DNA of 63,884 bases, filler included, from Octopus bimaculoides (lineage: Eukaryota): the NCBI RefSeq assembly GCF_001194135.2. It is 6 parts of 5 records of this genome, joined end to end, with 100 filler letters (N's around TTAATTAATTAA, not from the genome) between each part and the next. Parts side by side here need not be neighbours in the genome. Positions count along the whole stretch, not along the records: positions 29,297 to 49,206 come from NC_068982.1; positions 49,307 to 52,243 come from NC_068982.1; 4 more parts are not named here. One strand, written 5' to 3'. The notes beneath the pieces are model-generated. The model ran no database searches. It was not told the DNA's origin and saw only the letters and a program-made list of their open reading frames with translations. Of the stretch, positions 40,123 through 51,165 are shown piece after piece. The position numbers were made by a program, and so were the translations under genes. Each line of letters begins with the position of its first letter. Position 1 is the first letter of the stretch.

Positions 40123-40295
40123 TAGGCGCAGGCGTGGCTGTGTGGTAAGAAGCTTGCTTCTCAATCACATGGTTCCGGGTTCAGTCCTAATGCGTGGCAT
40201 CTTGAGTAAGTGTCTTCTACTATAGCCTCAGGCCGACCAAAGCCTTGTGAGTGGATTTGGTAGATGGAAACTGAAAGAAGCCCGTCGTATATATA
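40123..40295 (+). mobile_element. tRNA-derived SINE, 5' half
   Basis: ggcgcaggcgtggctgtgtggtaagaagcttgcttc...ggttccgggttcagtcc...gaccaaagccttgtgagtggatttggtagatggaaactgaaagaagcccgtcgtatata. Confidence 0.9.
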
Positions 40296-40339
40296 TAATG
40301 ATTGCTTCATCTTGACATATGATAGCCGTCCCATCAACA

Positions 40340-41390
40340 CACACATCCCATCCCATCACACAGCACAGTCCATCTGTTGATGAACCCTAAAGATGACTTT
40401 TAAGATCAGCTACTGACTGACGGTTTAAAACACAAGTGACAGATATTATTCAACTTTCTTCTACATCTTTGCCCTTTGGAATCTAATGCTGAAGGAATGC
40501 TTTTGTGAACTAGCCTATGTCTTTTAAGTCCAGATATTGTCTTATAAGTTTTGTGACATATGACACAAATTGTAAGAGGCGGTTGGGGTTCAAGATTATT
40601 ACCCACCTGGGCATTTCGATTTTCAAGTGATTTCATATGATTCATGCATCCTGCTTTTGACAACAGAATACGATCACACACAATGTATATCCAATATTCC
40701 CTGTTGATTTCTGTTCCAGTTGTTTTTTTCCGACAAGCCCTTTTTAGCTCAGAGCTCTGAATCATCTTTTCCTCCCAGGCGTTGCAACCAGTCCTAGCAG
40801 CATATCTTGACTTGTTCCGATCCAGAGCATTAGTTTCCCAATCACTTTTGTTCATATCTAGTTTCTTCAGATTTTCCTTCACACAGTCTTTATACATTTT
40901 CCTCGGTTTATGTTGTGGTCGCTTACCAGAGGTGAGCTCACCTATAAAAGACGTTTTAGCAATCGCTCATCTTTCATTCTAATAACATGTCCAGCCCGTC
41001 TCATTTGAGCCAAGATGACATTTTGCTCAATTGAGTTATAACGTGCCATTCGTAAAACTTCTGTTATCTGGTATGAAACATTCCCACTTGACTCCCAAGA
41101 TACGTCTGAGGCACTTTTTGATGAAATCTCTCCAGCATTTCCATATGACACCTATAAGTGGTCTATGTCTCACTCGAATAAAGAACTACAGTCAATACAC
41201 ACGTTATATAGACACTGACTTTTGTCTGCAAGAAAAAAACCTCTATCCACCCATACTCGCTGTCAAGCTTTCCAAATGCAACACTTCCCTTCCTTATTCG
41301 ATAGTATATCTCTACATCAAGACCACCATCTCTTGACAGTGTGCTTCTAAGGTAAACAAAAGTGTCAATGATTTCTAACCTTGTCTGCTC
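40340..41390 (-). mobile_element. 5'-truncated RTE-clade LINE with C-terminal C2H2-like motifs
   Basis: RLEIIDTFVYLRSTLSRDG, RIRKGSVAFGKL, TKVSVY..CVLTVVLYSSET, RRAGHVIRMKDERLLKRLL, KDCVKENLKK, CVICHKTYKTISGLKRHRLVH. Confidence 0.88.
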
Positions 41391-42693
41391 ACAAAGTCCA
41401 TGACTATTCCCAAGTCCTTCAGCTTCATGGACTTTTCTTCTCTTTGCCTGGAATCCGGAGCTGCAACTCACCCGGAAATTTCCGGTGCTAGATTTGATAT
41501 ACGACTCGAATTTCAGAGCCCTAGCCAGCGCTTCCTGCATTGTACCTGGTCGTGTCTGCTTCACCTGGACCTTGAGATCTGCACTGTCCAGAGCATCTAT
41601 GAATTGTTCTTTCAAAAGAAGAGACAAGAGGTCGGGAGTCGCTGTAGGGTAGGCTTTGTGCACCGTGCTCTCCAAGTCCTGGGCAAGCTGCTGTAGGGGC
41701 TCCCCTCTAGCCCTGATTGGGTGCGGAAGCGTGCCCTGTACATTTCGCTCTGGCACATAGTGCCATATTTCCCCTGGAGAACTTCAACCAGCGCNNNNNN
41801 NNNNNNNNNNNNNNNNNNNNNNNNNNNNNNNNNNNNNNNNNNNNNNNNNNNNNNNNNNNNNNNNNNNNNNNNNNNNNNNNNNNNNNNNNNNNNNNNNNNN
41901 NNNNNNNNNNNNNNNNNNNNNNNNNNNNNNNNNNNNNNNNNNNNNNNNNNNNNNNNNNNNNNNNNNNNNNNNNNNNNNNNNNNNNNNNNNNNNNNNNNNN
42001 NNNNNNNNNNNNNNNNNNNNNNNNNNNNNNNNNNNNNNNNNNNNNNNNNNNNNNNNNNNNNNNNNNNNNNNNNNNNNNNNNNNNNNNNNNNNNNNNNNNN
42101 NNNNNNNNNNNNNNNNNNNNNNNNNNNNNNNNNNNNNNNNNNNNNNNNNNNNNNNNNNNNNNNNNNNNNNNNNNNNNNNNNNNNNNNNNNNNNNNNNNNN
42201 NNNNNNNNNNNNNNNNNNNNNNNNNNNNNNNNNNNNNNNNNNNNNNNNNNNNNNNNNNNNNNNNNNNNNNNNNNNNNNNNNNNNNNNNNNNNNNNNNNNN
42301 NNNNNNNNNNNNNNNNNNNNNNNNNNNNNNNNNNNNNNNNNNNNNNNNNNNNNNNNNNNNNNNNNNNNNNNNNNNNNNNNNNNNNNNNNNNNNNNNAGCG
42401 GACAACTGACTCACTGCAGCAATGAAGGTCCCACTTCTGACACCAGTTGTTATGCCGCACGCGAACCTCTGATGCCACCACGGGTCTCACACAAACAGCC
42501 CGCAAATTGCTGGCCCAGAGAAACTCGCGCGCGACGACGACGCTCAAAGAATCAGAAATCCACGAAGCCTGTAGAGTCAGCAACAATAACAACAAAAGAA
42601 ATAACACACACAAAACGTTGCGTAATCAAACTAATTTAAAAAAACAAAAACAACATTCAATATTCCTATAATTTGCAATGTATTAATTCTACA
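41390..42693 (-). mobile_element. Ty3/Gypsy 5' end: putative 5' LTR (42693-42448), PBS (42445-42429), gag remnant
   Basis: Minus strand TAACA-AC-TGGTGTCAGAAGTGGGA; the PBS is complementary to the tRNA-Leu(CAA) 3' end. Gag capsid-like text: ARGEPLQQLAQDLE..V.KAYP...LKEQFIDAL...LKVQVKQTRPGTMQEALARAL. The LTR start at TGTAG (42693) is tentative. Confidence 0.85.
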
Positions 42694-42699
42694 TTTTGC

Positions 42700-43018
42700 T
42701 TGGCGCATAGTTCAGTGGTTAGAGCGTCGGGCTCACAATAATGAGGTAGTGAGTTCGATCCCCGGACCGGGTTGTGTGTTGTGCTCTTCCCGTTGTTCCT
42801 GTTCACTCAGTAAGTTGTGACATCACTGCTACCAAGCTGTATCGACCTTTGCCTTTCCCTTGGTCATCTTCGGTGGCGCCGAGAGGGGAGACTGGTATGC
42901 ATGGGCAGCTGCTGGTCTTTTATAAACAACCATGCCCGGACTTGTGCCTCGGAGGGTAACCTTCTCGGTGCAATCCTATGGTCATTCATGACCGAAGGGG
43001 GTCTTTACCCTTTACCCT
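42700..43018 (+). mobile_element. tRNA-derived SINE (second family), near full length
   Basis: Box A tagttcagtgg, box B gttcgatcc, 3' tail (tttaccc)2. Confidence 0.85.
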
Positions 43019-43437
43019 AATCTCATACGAAAGAAACATTTCAAATGACCAACGATAAAATAAGATAAGGGTCGAGTAACCCTGAAATGGAGAGGATTCA
43101 TACTGGCTTCACAACGTTGCAACCATTTGATATATACTTAAATGTCTCGAAACTGTCAGAATAAAATAAAAATATTGCGTAATTCAGTATTCTTTTTTTA
43201 AATCATGATTTCAAGAACAACACAGTCTTCTTATATCTCCTCAGGAGGAGGGAGTTTAAGATTTATAATTCTTACTTTATCTTTCAATACACCAATGAAA
43301 GGCAAACTTTTCTCTCCAGTACCGGCAACTTTCTAATCATTTATGTGCAAAACTATGAATTTTCAATTTCGGGATGATTTCTCTACTTGACGGAAAACTA
43401 AACGAAATTTCATTTACCGGCTAGAAATTTTGTATTA

Positions 43438-46413
43438 CACTGTGTTACAAACTTTTGCAGATGTTTCGTTAATCCTAATTTTTAAGTGTTCATTATGCAA
43501 ATTTTTGCGCCGAACCCGAAAACGATCTTACTTTTTTTTCTACTATCGACCGTTGTTGAGATATATAAAAATTACGCTAATTATCAACAAATGTAATGTT
43601 TGGGCTAGCTAAGGAAAATCGCCTTTTGGGTTTAATGTAAACCTCTAATGAATGGTCAGTGATAAGCTACTCCACTTTTCATGGAACTCAACAGGTATGC
43701 CAGTTTCATTTCAATCTGATAAAATTGACGGACTTGCTTCTTATGTAGGAGAGAGACTGTCCATTAAGGTGTATATTGATATGGTACTAATATTTTTTCC
43801 TCTTTCAGCTCTGTATTGTGAACATTACTCTATATTGGAACAAAGCATGTATCACTTAAAATCGCGAAAGGTGCCAAATATTCGAATGAATTTAGGGGAC
43901 CAAGATAAGCCTTAGCCACTCCACTACACACACACCCCACACCATGTAATATTTGGAAGTTGTCGATCAAATTTAGAAGGATGGTTAAGAGGTGCAAGAA
44001 GAGCCATAACTTTTAGTATTCCAAGAATATGGCGTGAGCCAAAAGAACTATCACGATGATTGCTGTTTTTACATGATTGACGTAACAAAGTACAGAAAAG
44101 TTAAAGGAAAACAAATACTCCAATATCCAAGCATATCATCCTCTACTGCACTTGTGCCACATGATGACAAGTTACTGGTGTCACAACCACCAGAAAATGT
44201 AAGAAAATCTCATCACAATGTTTAAATTGAATTTAAATTTCTATGCTAGATAAAATAATAAAATTCAAAGGTAGAAAGAAAATTTAGCTCAGTTTTCTTT
44301 TAATGTTATGGTCACTAATAAAACTCATACTATGGTTCAAGTTATTATACGCAAAACATTTTATTATGTCAAATAGAAGATACTATGGAGGTGTCATCAG
44401 GAGAGTCTGAAGGTAGCAGTAACCAAGAAATGGATGAAGCATTCGAGCCAATAGTAAGTACCCGCCCACACTTTCCACATCAACGTGAACTGGATGATCT
44501 TAGGAACTTAAGCTTCACCAAATCATGAGGTGAACTTTTAGCATCCAGGCTGAAGGAATGGAATTTATTGGGGGAGGACTGCAACCCAACAATGTACAGG
44601 AGATTACATGAGGAATTTGAAGCATACTTTGATATTTGTGAAGGTCTCTGTTTCTGCAAAAATATAAATGGCTTGTTTGCAGCTACTGGAATTGATCATG
44701 ACCCCAAAGAAAAGCGACTTTTCATACACAGCTCAGCAAAAAGCCTCAAAGCAGTTTTACTGCACAATAGAAATCAATACCTATCTCTGCCTATCGCATA
44801 CTCTGTACAGATGAAAGAAATATGTGAAAATGTCAAAAAGTTTCTTCAGGAAGTAAACTATGCGGACTATAAGTTGGATGTTTGAGGTAATTTTAAGATG
44901 CTTGCTTTCTTGCTTTGATTACAGGGAAAATACACAAAATATTCGTGCTATCTCTGCCTATGAGGAAGCACAACTGATCATGAACATTACTGGAAGGTTG
45001 AGTGCCAACAACGAAATGATATGCAGTCGGGACTGCAAAATGTTATAACGCAACCTCTTGTAGAGCCTGCTAAGTTTTGTTACTTTCGCTTCACATAAAA
45101 CTGGGTTTGGTAAAAACGTTTCTGAAGGCCTTAGATCATGGTGGAGAACCCTTTCAAGAAATTCATTTAGTCTTTCCAAAGCTATTTGCAGCAAAGATTA
45201 AGGGTGGAATTTAGTAGACCGCAAATAAGGACAATGTTGCCGTCAGAGAAATTTGAAAAGACAATGAGTGATGTCGATACAAGATATGGTGGCATAATTC
45301 ATGGTTTCCTTGATAACAAGATCCCAACTACAAGCAATGGTTGCAAAGCTTATTGCGAGTTTTAAGAATGTAGGCTGTCGAATGTCCTTAAAGATGTACT
45401 TTCGACATTCACATTTAGACTTCTTTACTGAAAACTTAGGTCATGTCAGTAAGGAGCATGGTGAGAAGTCCCATCAGGACAATACTGCAAGGGAGAAGAG
45501 ATACCAAGGAAGATAGGACACTGCTATGATGGGAGATATTGTATAGTCGCTTATCCGTAAAGATAAAAGAGCTCACAGTAGGCAAACATGATCTTTAATG
45601 CATTTCTGGTGTAATCTCATCATACGCCTTATATTTCCTGTTTTGCTTAAAGTGAGATGCAATAAAAGATTACAAAAATACTACTTGATTGATATTGTCG
45701 CACAATATAAAGCACTACCACAACAAAATATTATTATTCGAGTTCACACCGAAAGCCAACAAGAAATCAATATCTGACTTTTACAAGAAAGCTTATCGTG
45801 CTTATTCTCATAATATTATTTCTTAAATTACACTGGTCAACACGATTTTTGGTGACAAGAAACAAAACACGATTCTAGCTAATTTGATGGTGCTGATTCC
45901 GAAAATGACCTTAGTTTTTCATGGTTAGCTACCGTTTTAGCTATATTCAAATTGCTCAATTTTGGAAAAAAGATCAATTAACGATCTTGGCTGATCGCAA
46001 ATATTGGTCTGCTTATTGAGAAATACTATTTTTGCAATAACAATTAGACCCTGAGTCTTTAAAAATAACACGATTGAATATACCAAGACCAACAAGTATT
46101 TTCATCAAATCACCCCGCCCTCTTTTTCCGAACCAAAATAAGGAATTTGCAGCATATTAGAAGGTGAGGGCACTTGATTCCATGCAAAGAATCCGAGATT
46201 TGTTTTTTCTTAGTGAAAATTGTGCGGGTGTTTGCGCCCTCAAATTAGCTAAAAAAGATGTTTGGTGTCTCGGCACCATTTCAAAAATTCTTTTGTTGTT
46301 GACCAGTGTTATCAATGGTATGCAAAATCTAAGGCTATTTTTGAAATCGGGAGAAGAAAAACACTATGAAACATAGAAGAGATTTAGAGAAACAAAATTG
46401 GCGTTACACAGTG
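43438..46413 (+). mobile_element. Chapaev3-type (CACTA/Chapaev group) DNA transposon with both termini; transposase pseudogenised
   Basis: TIRs CACTGTGTTAC (43438) and GTTACACAGTG (46403-46413), with TTA on both flanks (43435-37, 46414-16). Peptides LGDQDKP, W(R)EPKN.HDDCCF, LFIHSSAKSLKAVLLHN, HIKLG, GCRMSLKMYFRHSHLDFF.ENLG.VS.EHGE..HQD..EKRYQG. Confidence 0.93.
45831..46308. mobile_element. Non-autonomous Chapaev3-type MITE nested in the larger element
   Basis: Perfect 12-bp TIR CACTGGTCAACA / TGTTGACCAGTG, TTA target duplication (45828-30, 46309-11), and shared subterminal tagctaatttga motif at both ends. Confidence 0.93.
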
Positions 46414-46450
46414 TTATTGCATCCTCTTCCGAAAATACATCTATGTTAAA

Positions 46451-46961
46451 TCGAGGGTCAAAAATAGTGCAATAGGTGTACAACAACATGTAGTAAACGA
46501 ATATGAAAAAAAAATGTGCGCTGGCGAAAGGGGGAGAGGACTCGGAAAATTCACATCGGGAATGTTCCGAGTCCTCTCACCACTTCCCCGTCCGTCGGCG
46601 AAACTTTTTTTTATTCATATTCGTTTACTACACATTATTTTACACCTAGTACACTATTTTTTTTTTTCAATTTTTGTGACGTTGGATGGGTGGGTGCTGA
46701 CTCGGATAATTCACACGATCCAGTAAAAAAAAANNNNNNNNNNNNNNNNNNNNNNNNNNNNNNNNNNNNNNNNNNNNNNNNNNNNNNNNNNNNNNNNNNN
46801 NNNNNNNNNNNNNNNNNNNNNNNNNNNNNNNNNNNNNNNNNNNNNNNNNNNNNNNNNNNNNNNNNNNNNNNNNNNNNNNNNNNNNNNNNNNNNNNNNNNN
46901 NNNNNNNGTTTACTACATGTTGATGTACACCTATTGCACTATTTTTTTTTCTTTGCTCGGG
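46451..46961. repeat. Fold-back (inverted-repeat) element
   Basis: gagaggactcggaa...ttccgagtcctctc around 46558 with arms extending about 100 nt each side. A third arm after the gap (46908-46946) is a near-exact reverse complement of 46461-46499. Confidence 0.85.
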
Positions 46962-47300
46962 TCAAACACTTTAATTTGACCGAATCGAGTGTAGTAGAGG
47001 TATATCCTCAACTCGGTTTCTCATGTGTTGAAATCATTTCACTTCTCTTACCAAAGACTTTTGAGGTAGGCATTTGACTCCAAAATGATATGCACCATAA
47101 TCAGATGACCTCTAGATTTTAAAACCCTAGGTTTTTGCCTGCCAAGCCTATAGGTAAATCCGGCACCGGTTGTGGTTATGTAAAAAAAATATACTGATAT
47201 TAACATCATCTGCTTAAAGAAAATGAAAATGCGAAAGAGGAAACGCGCGCGAGAAAGATATATATAACTCATCACCTTTAGTTTTATTTCAATCGGTTGT

Positions 47301-48533
47301 TTACGGGGTGTATTTATTTTGTCGAATACAGCTCATGACTTTAACTTGTACATATTTTTGAGCTCTTTTTAACCATTTTTTTCTCGTATATGACGATAAA
47401 TCCCGTGCTGTAGCATCCTGCGTCGCATCTTGTGTGGACGTTTCCGAGTTATCTACTGTGCCTTCGTCGCACGATATTTCATCGTCGTCGGAAGTGTTAC
47501 TTCGTTCACAAGAACAATTGGACTGTTTCTCTGATACATGATCAGCATAATCAGGATCAATTTCTAATACACTATGAGATGAATCCGATGAGGTACTCTT
47601 CTCAGCGCTAACATCGGAGATGTCGTCTCGGAATTGAGTCTTCTTACGAAGTTCGCCATTTTCTCCAAAGTTGCCCATCTGAGTTAACGTTTCACACGTC
47701 TGTGTTTCTGAATATTCATCGCAAGAATAATAATTTTCTGCATTATTTACAGCCTCGACGTGTTTATCGTTCGAATTATTATTCATAAATGAAGAAATAC
47801 CTTGCGAAGTTCGATGATGTGAAGTTCTTTTCAAACCAGAGTACTCAGTACGAGTGTTTCTATTCTTATTTTTGCGTGAATTGAAATCTTTATCAAAAGC
47901 CGAATAGTTTTGTGAATCGCGTGGCACTAAGTTAACATCGTAGCTTTTCTCGAAATCTCTGTTTTTCAGGGTAATTTTGATCCGAGAAGAAATGTTTTCC
48001 GGTGTCATCAAGAAAGTCGTCTTTAAATTATACATGTTAGACATTTTCGGACGAGACAGATTAAATGCTTTCGTGCTTCTAGCTTTATTCATGTAGGTTG
48101 GTTTGTTTCTAGGAGTATAGTTTCCTTTACTTGATAAGTGGTGTTCGGCTTTTGATAAACAACGTCTAAGAATTTTCATACAGTCAGAATGTTTGTAATC
48201 TTTAGCCAAATCCATTGGTGTATTCCCATCATCGTCTCGATTCGCTACGTTAGCTCCTTTTTCTAGTAACAATTTAACAATATCTAATTGACCCCATGAA
48301 GCCGCTATATGTAAAGGTGTAAGTCCATCAATAGTTTTTATGTTTGGGTCTGCTCCATGATCGAGTAATAAACGAGTAATGGATTCATGTAGTCCTGCAC
48401 TGTAATGAATAGGTGCGAACTTTTCTCCGGGTATGTTTGCGTTTGGATCAACTCCATTTGCTAATATATTCATTATAGTAACTTCATCTTTTTCTTCAAT
48501 TGCAATTCTAAAATTTTTCTTCATGTTCGACAT
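47301..48533 (-). CDS. ANKLE1: Ankyrin-repeat protein, ANKLE1/LEM-3-like N-terminal region (single long exon or intronless ORF)
   Basis: Uninterrupted ORF; first in-frame ATG at 48533 (MSNMKKNF). GVDPN..APIHYSAG..LLLDHGADPN..DGLTPLHIAASWG..VKLLLEKGAN..RDDDGNTPMDLA..H.DC aligns in order and spacing with the ANKLE1 ankyrin region (LTPLHVAAAWG..RDQDG..P.DLA..H.EC), followed by a long S/T/D/E/N-rich linker. Confidence 0.8.
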   Translation of the reverse strand: MSNMKKNFRIAIEEKDEVTIMNILANGVDPNANIPGEKFAPIHYSAGLHESITRLLLDHGADPNIKTIDGLTPLHIAASWGQLDIVKLLLEKGANVANRDDDGNTPMDLAKDYKHSDCMKILRRCLSKAEHHLSSKGNYTPRNKPTYMNKARSTKAFNLSRPKMSNMYNLKTTFLMTPENISSRIKITLKNRDFEKSYDVNLVPRDSQNYSAFDKDFNSRKNKNRNTRTEYSGLKRTSHHRTSQGISSFMNNNSNDKHVEAVNNAENYYSCDEYSETQTCETLTQMGNFGENGELRKKTQFRDDISDVSAEKSTSSDSSHSVLEIDPDYADHVSEKQSNCSCERSNTSDDDEISCDEGTVDNSETSTQDATQDATARDLSSYTRKKWLKRAQKYVQVKVMSCIRQNKYTP

Positions 48534-49019
48534 TAAATACAAAATTTTAATGTTAAACAAGGCATTAGATTTCTCTTTTTTTTTTTTTTATAAAAATTTG
48601 GAAAATATATCACTCTTCAGTGGTATTCCTCTGCTCAGTCATTGCGCTGTGAGAGATACAAAAACGGTAAAGCTATGCTTCTAATTCCTTCAAACAACCA
48701 TCATTTATAAAAAGAATGTCATGTAAGAAAATAAACGAACAAAATTCTCTGAGAAGTTAGCGTTTCTTTGAATAACGTTTAATGAGATTTCGACGCTGTA
48801 ATTAAAACATTAGCGCATAAGTATATCACATCTGTTTTCACCGACGTAGACAGCTGAGTAAGACATTAGATTTCATTTGTCATTTGTTCAGCAAAGAAAG
48901 AATCAATCGTTATAGATAAGACATAAAAGTTTCAAATATAGTTAACTGGAAAAAAAAAACAAAAAAAACTGGTTCCTAATAAATATTTGAACAGGGCCAG
49001 GCATACTGAAAGGATACAA

Positions 49020-49140
49020 TGTCGTCGTTTAAATCGACTCTAGTACACGACTGTTATTTTATTATATATCGAAGGGGTGAACAGTAGAAGTGATCACGGC
49101 AGAATTTGAATTCCAAATCGAAAGGGTCTTATCTCGATAC
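49020..49140 (-). mobile_element. Diverged tRNA-derived SINE (third family)
   Basis: aatcgactctagtacacgactg..ttatt..atcgaagggg..ggcagaatttgaa; homologous to the copy at 50990. Confidence 0.6.
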
Positions 49141-49206
49141 TGCAAGTCTTCTAAAATTAACTCAGCAAATTGAAACATTAGCGGAGTTTCGGATCAGGAC
49201 GGTCAC

Positions 49207-49306
49207 NNNNNNNNNNNNNNNNNNNNNNNNNNNNNNNNNNNNNNNNNNNNTTAATTAATTAANNNNNNNNNNNNNNNNNNNNNNNNNNNNNNNNNNNNNN
49301 NNNNNN
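49207..49306. other. Artificial 100-bp scaffold-joining spacer
   Basis: N44-TTAATTAATTAA-N44. Confidence 0.97.
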
Positions 49307-49353
49307 TATATAGGGAGAATTCACAAAAAAAAAACAAAGGACGAAGACAGGTG

Positions 49354-49355
<2 letters not shown>
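49307..49355 (-). mobile_element. Short diverged remnant of the 53882/61608 element family
   Basis: Reverse complement cacctgtcttcgtcctttgttttttttttgtgaattctccctata resembles cacctgtcctcgtctgttgtttttttgtacattctcccata; flanked by TA repeats. Confidence 0.65.
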
Positions 49356-49384
<29 letters not shown>

Positions 49385-50989
49385 CACATGTATTTATGTA
49401 TGTATGTGTGTTTGTGTGTATGTAGTTATACATACACATATAGAAGCACATATATACATAAAAGTTTGGTAGCTCACACTAACAATTTTCGGAAAATTTT
49501 CCATTTTCTTTTCCTACGGTTTGTAACTGGCAGTTTGGAAATTTTAAATATTTACACTCAAGGACATTGGTAGATATTACTCATACGTTTAACTTATCAA
49601 AAATACTTCGTTTACATTTGTATACATTCGCATATCCAACAAACATTATCGAAATTATGCTATCTTCTTTCTCTTGAAAACTCAAACCTTCTACACGAAG
49701 GCGATTCCATACCGACGACGCTCCATTAACTCACACATCACATGCCTACAAATGAATTCTGCGTCAGTTGGGAATACCAGCCAGATATTTTCTTTTAAGA
49801 GGGGCCTCTAACAGGATCACAGAATGGTATATCTTTACAAATGCTCTTTCACATACGACCTGATTTTCGAGGATTTATAGTACCGCTTGTTTGTGTTTAC
49901 TGTTCAAAACCGACCACTTACGCAGCTTACGCCATATTTTCAAATATTATATGCAATGTATGTTCATAGGAAGAATGAGTGCTTATATAATCTATTTATC
50001 CTCAAGACCCGGTTCACTCTTCTAAATTCCTTTACCTGTCACCCTACCACTCTTCTACTATCGAGGACATCTAGCTCAGTTCGTCCCTCTCTCTATCTAT
50101 CCGTTCATCTCTATTTCACACTATACATCTCCTTTTCACCTCTCTCTCTCTCTATCATTCTATCTTTCTTTCTCTCTCCTTCTATCGTTATTTCTCTCTC
50201 TCCCCCTCTCTCGATCTCTGGGGAAACTTTATATGCATAGTTATTTTTTACCGCTCCACCTCAACTAAAGCTGCCTGTGCGGAAGTTTTGTTGTAGCTCT
50301 ACACAACTATCTACAGCATCTAGCGATAAACTTCATTTCTTTGACGTCACTTCATACCTAACCTCTACCTAATCATCACTGTCTCTATAAATATATCCTC
50401 GGTTTGGTGATTAGATATCATTATAAATGTCCTCAGATATTTCTCATATTATCCAATCATCAAAAGTCTATATATTACACGTTACCAGAAACGCTTGTCT
50501 CTTGATGTTTACTGACAAACAGCAGTTTCTATTCTGTAATAACAACCAGCGAATACGCTTTATCTTTCAACCATGAAAAACAACTCTGAAAGTTACTGAT
50601 GTAATGCACTTACGTATAACCCGGAACATCTCAAACAGAGAAAAATGTATGAATCCCCAAACTAGACTTGCTTCCTTGTTAGTTATGTTGCCTCAGCGAA
50701 AGCAAAGAGTAAGACCTACGATCAAAGAACAAATCATCCGTCACTATAAATTGGACGATATTTAGCTACTATCGTAAATCCTCTATCATCTGAAACAGAA
50801 ACAAAGCTATGCTTTCGTTCATCTCACAGCCTATAATATTCACTGAAAATGTCATTCTCACTATAACATGCAAGTCTCCATCTGAATATATAACCTAAGC
50901 ATGAAAGCAACCATGCCCCCTATTTAAAAATTAGGGTTGCCGAACCCACACTGTGATGCTTTCATTATAATCACATAATCCTTTTTATT

Positions 50990-51165
50990 AAAGGCACAAG
51001 GCCCGAAATTTTTGGTGATTACATCGACCCAAGTGTTTCACTGGTACTTAATTTATCGAACCCGAAAGGATAAAAGGCAATGTTGACCTCGGTGGAATTT
51101 GAACTCAGAAAGTAGTGACGGGCGAAATACCACTAAAAAATTTTGCCCGGCGTGCTCACCGCCAA
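50990..51165 (-). mobile_element. tRNA-derived SINE (third family)
   Basis: Reverse complement contains box B gagttcaaattcc; body ctggtacttaatttatcga.cccgaaaggat.aaaggcaa.gttgacctcgg. Confidence 0.82.

Noticed and set aside
43060-43100. Minus-strand tttcAG followed by LLDP, resembling ANKLE1 YLLLDPR
   Set aside because: Reads GLLDPYLILSLVI* with an early stop and no other conserved residues; chance match.
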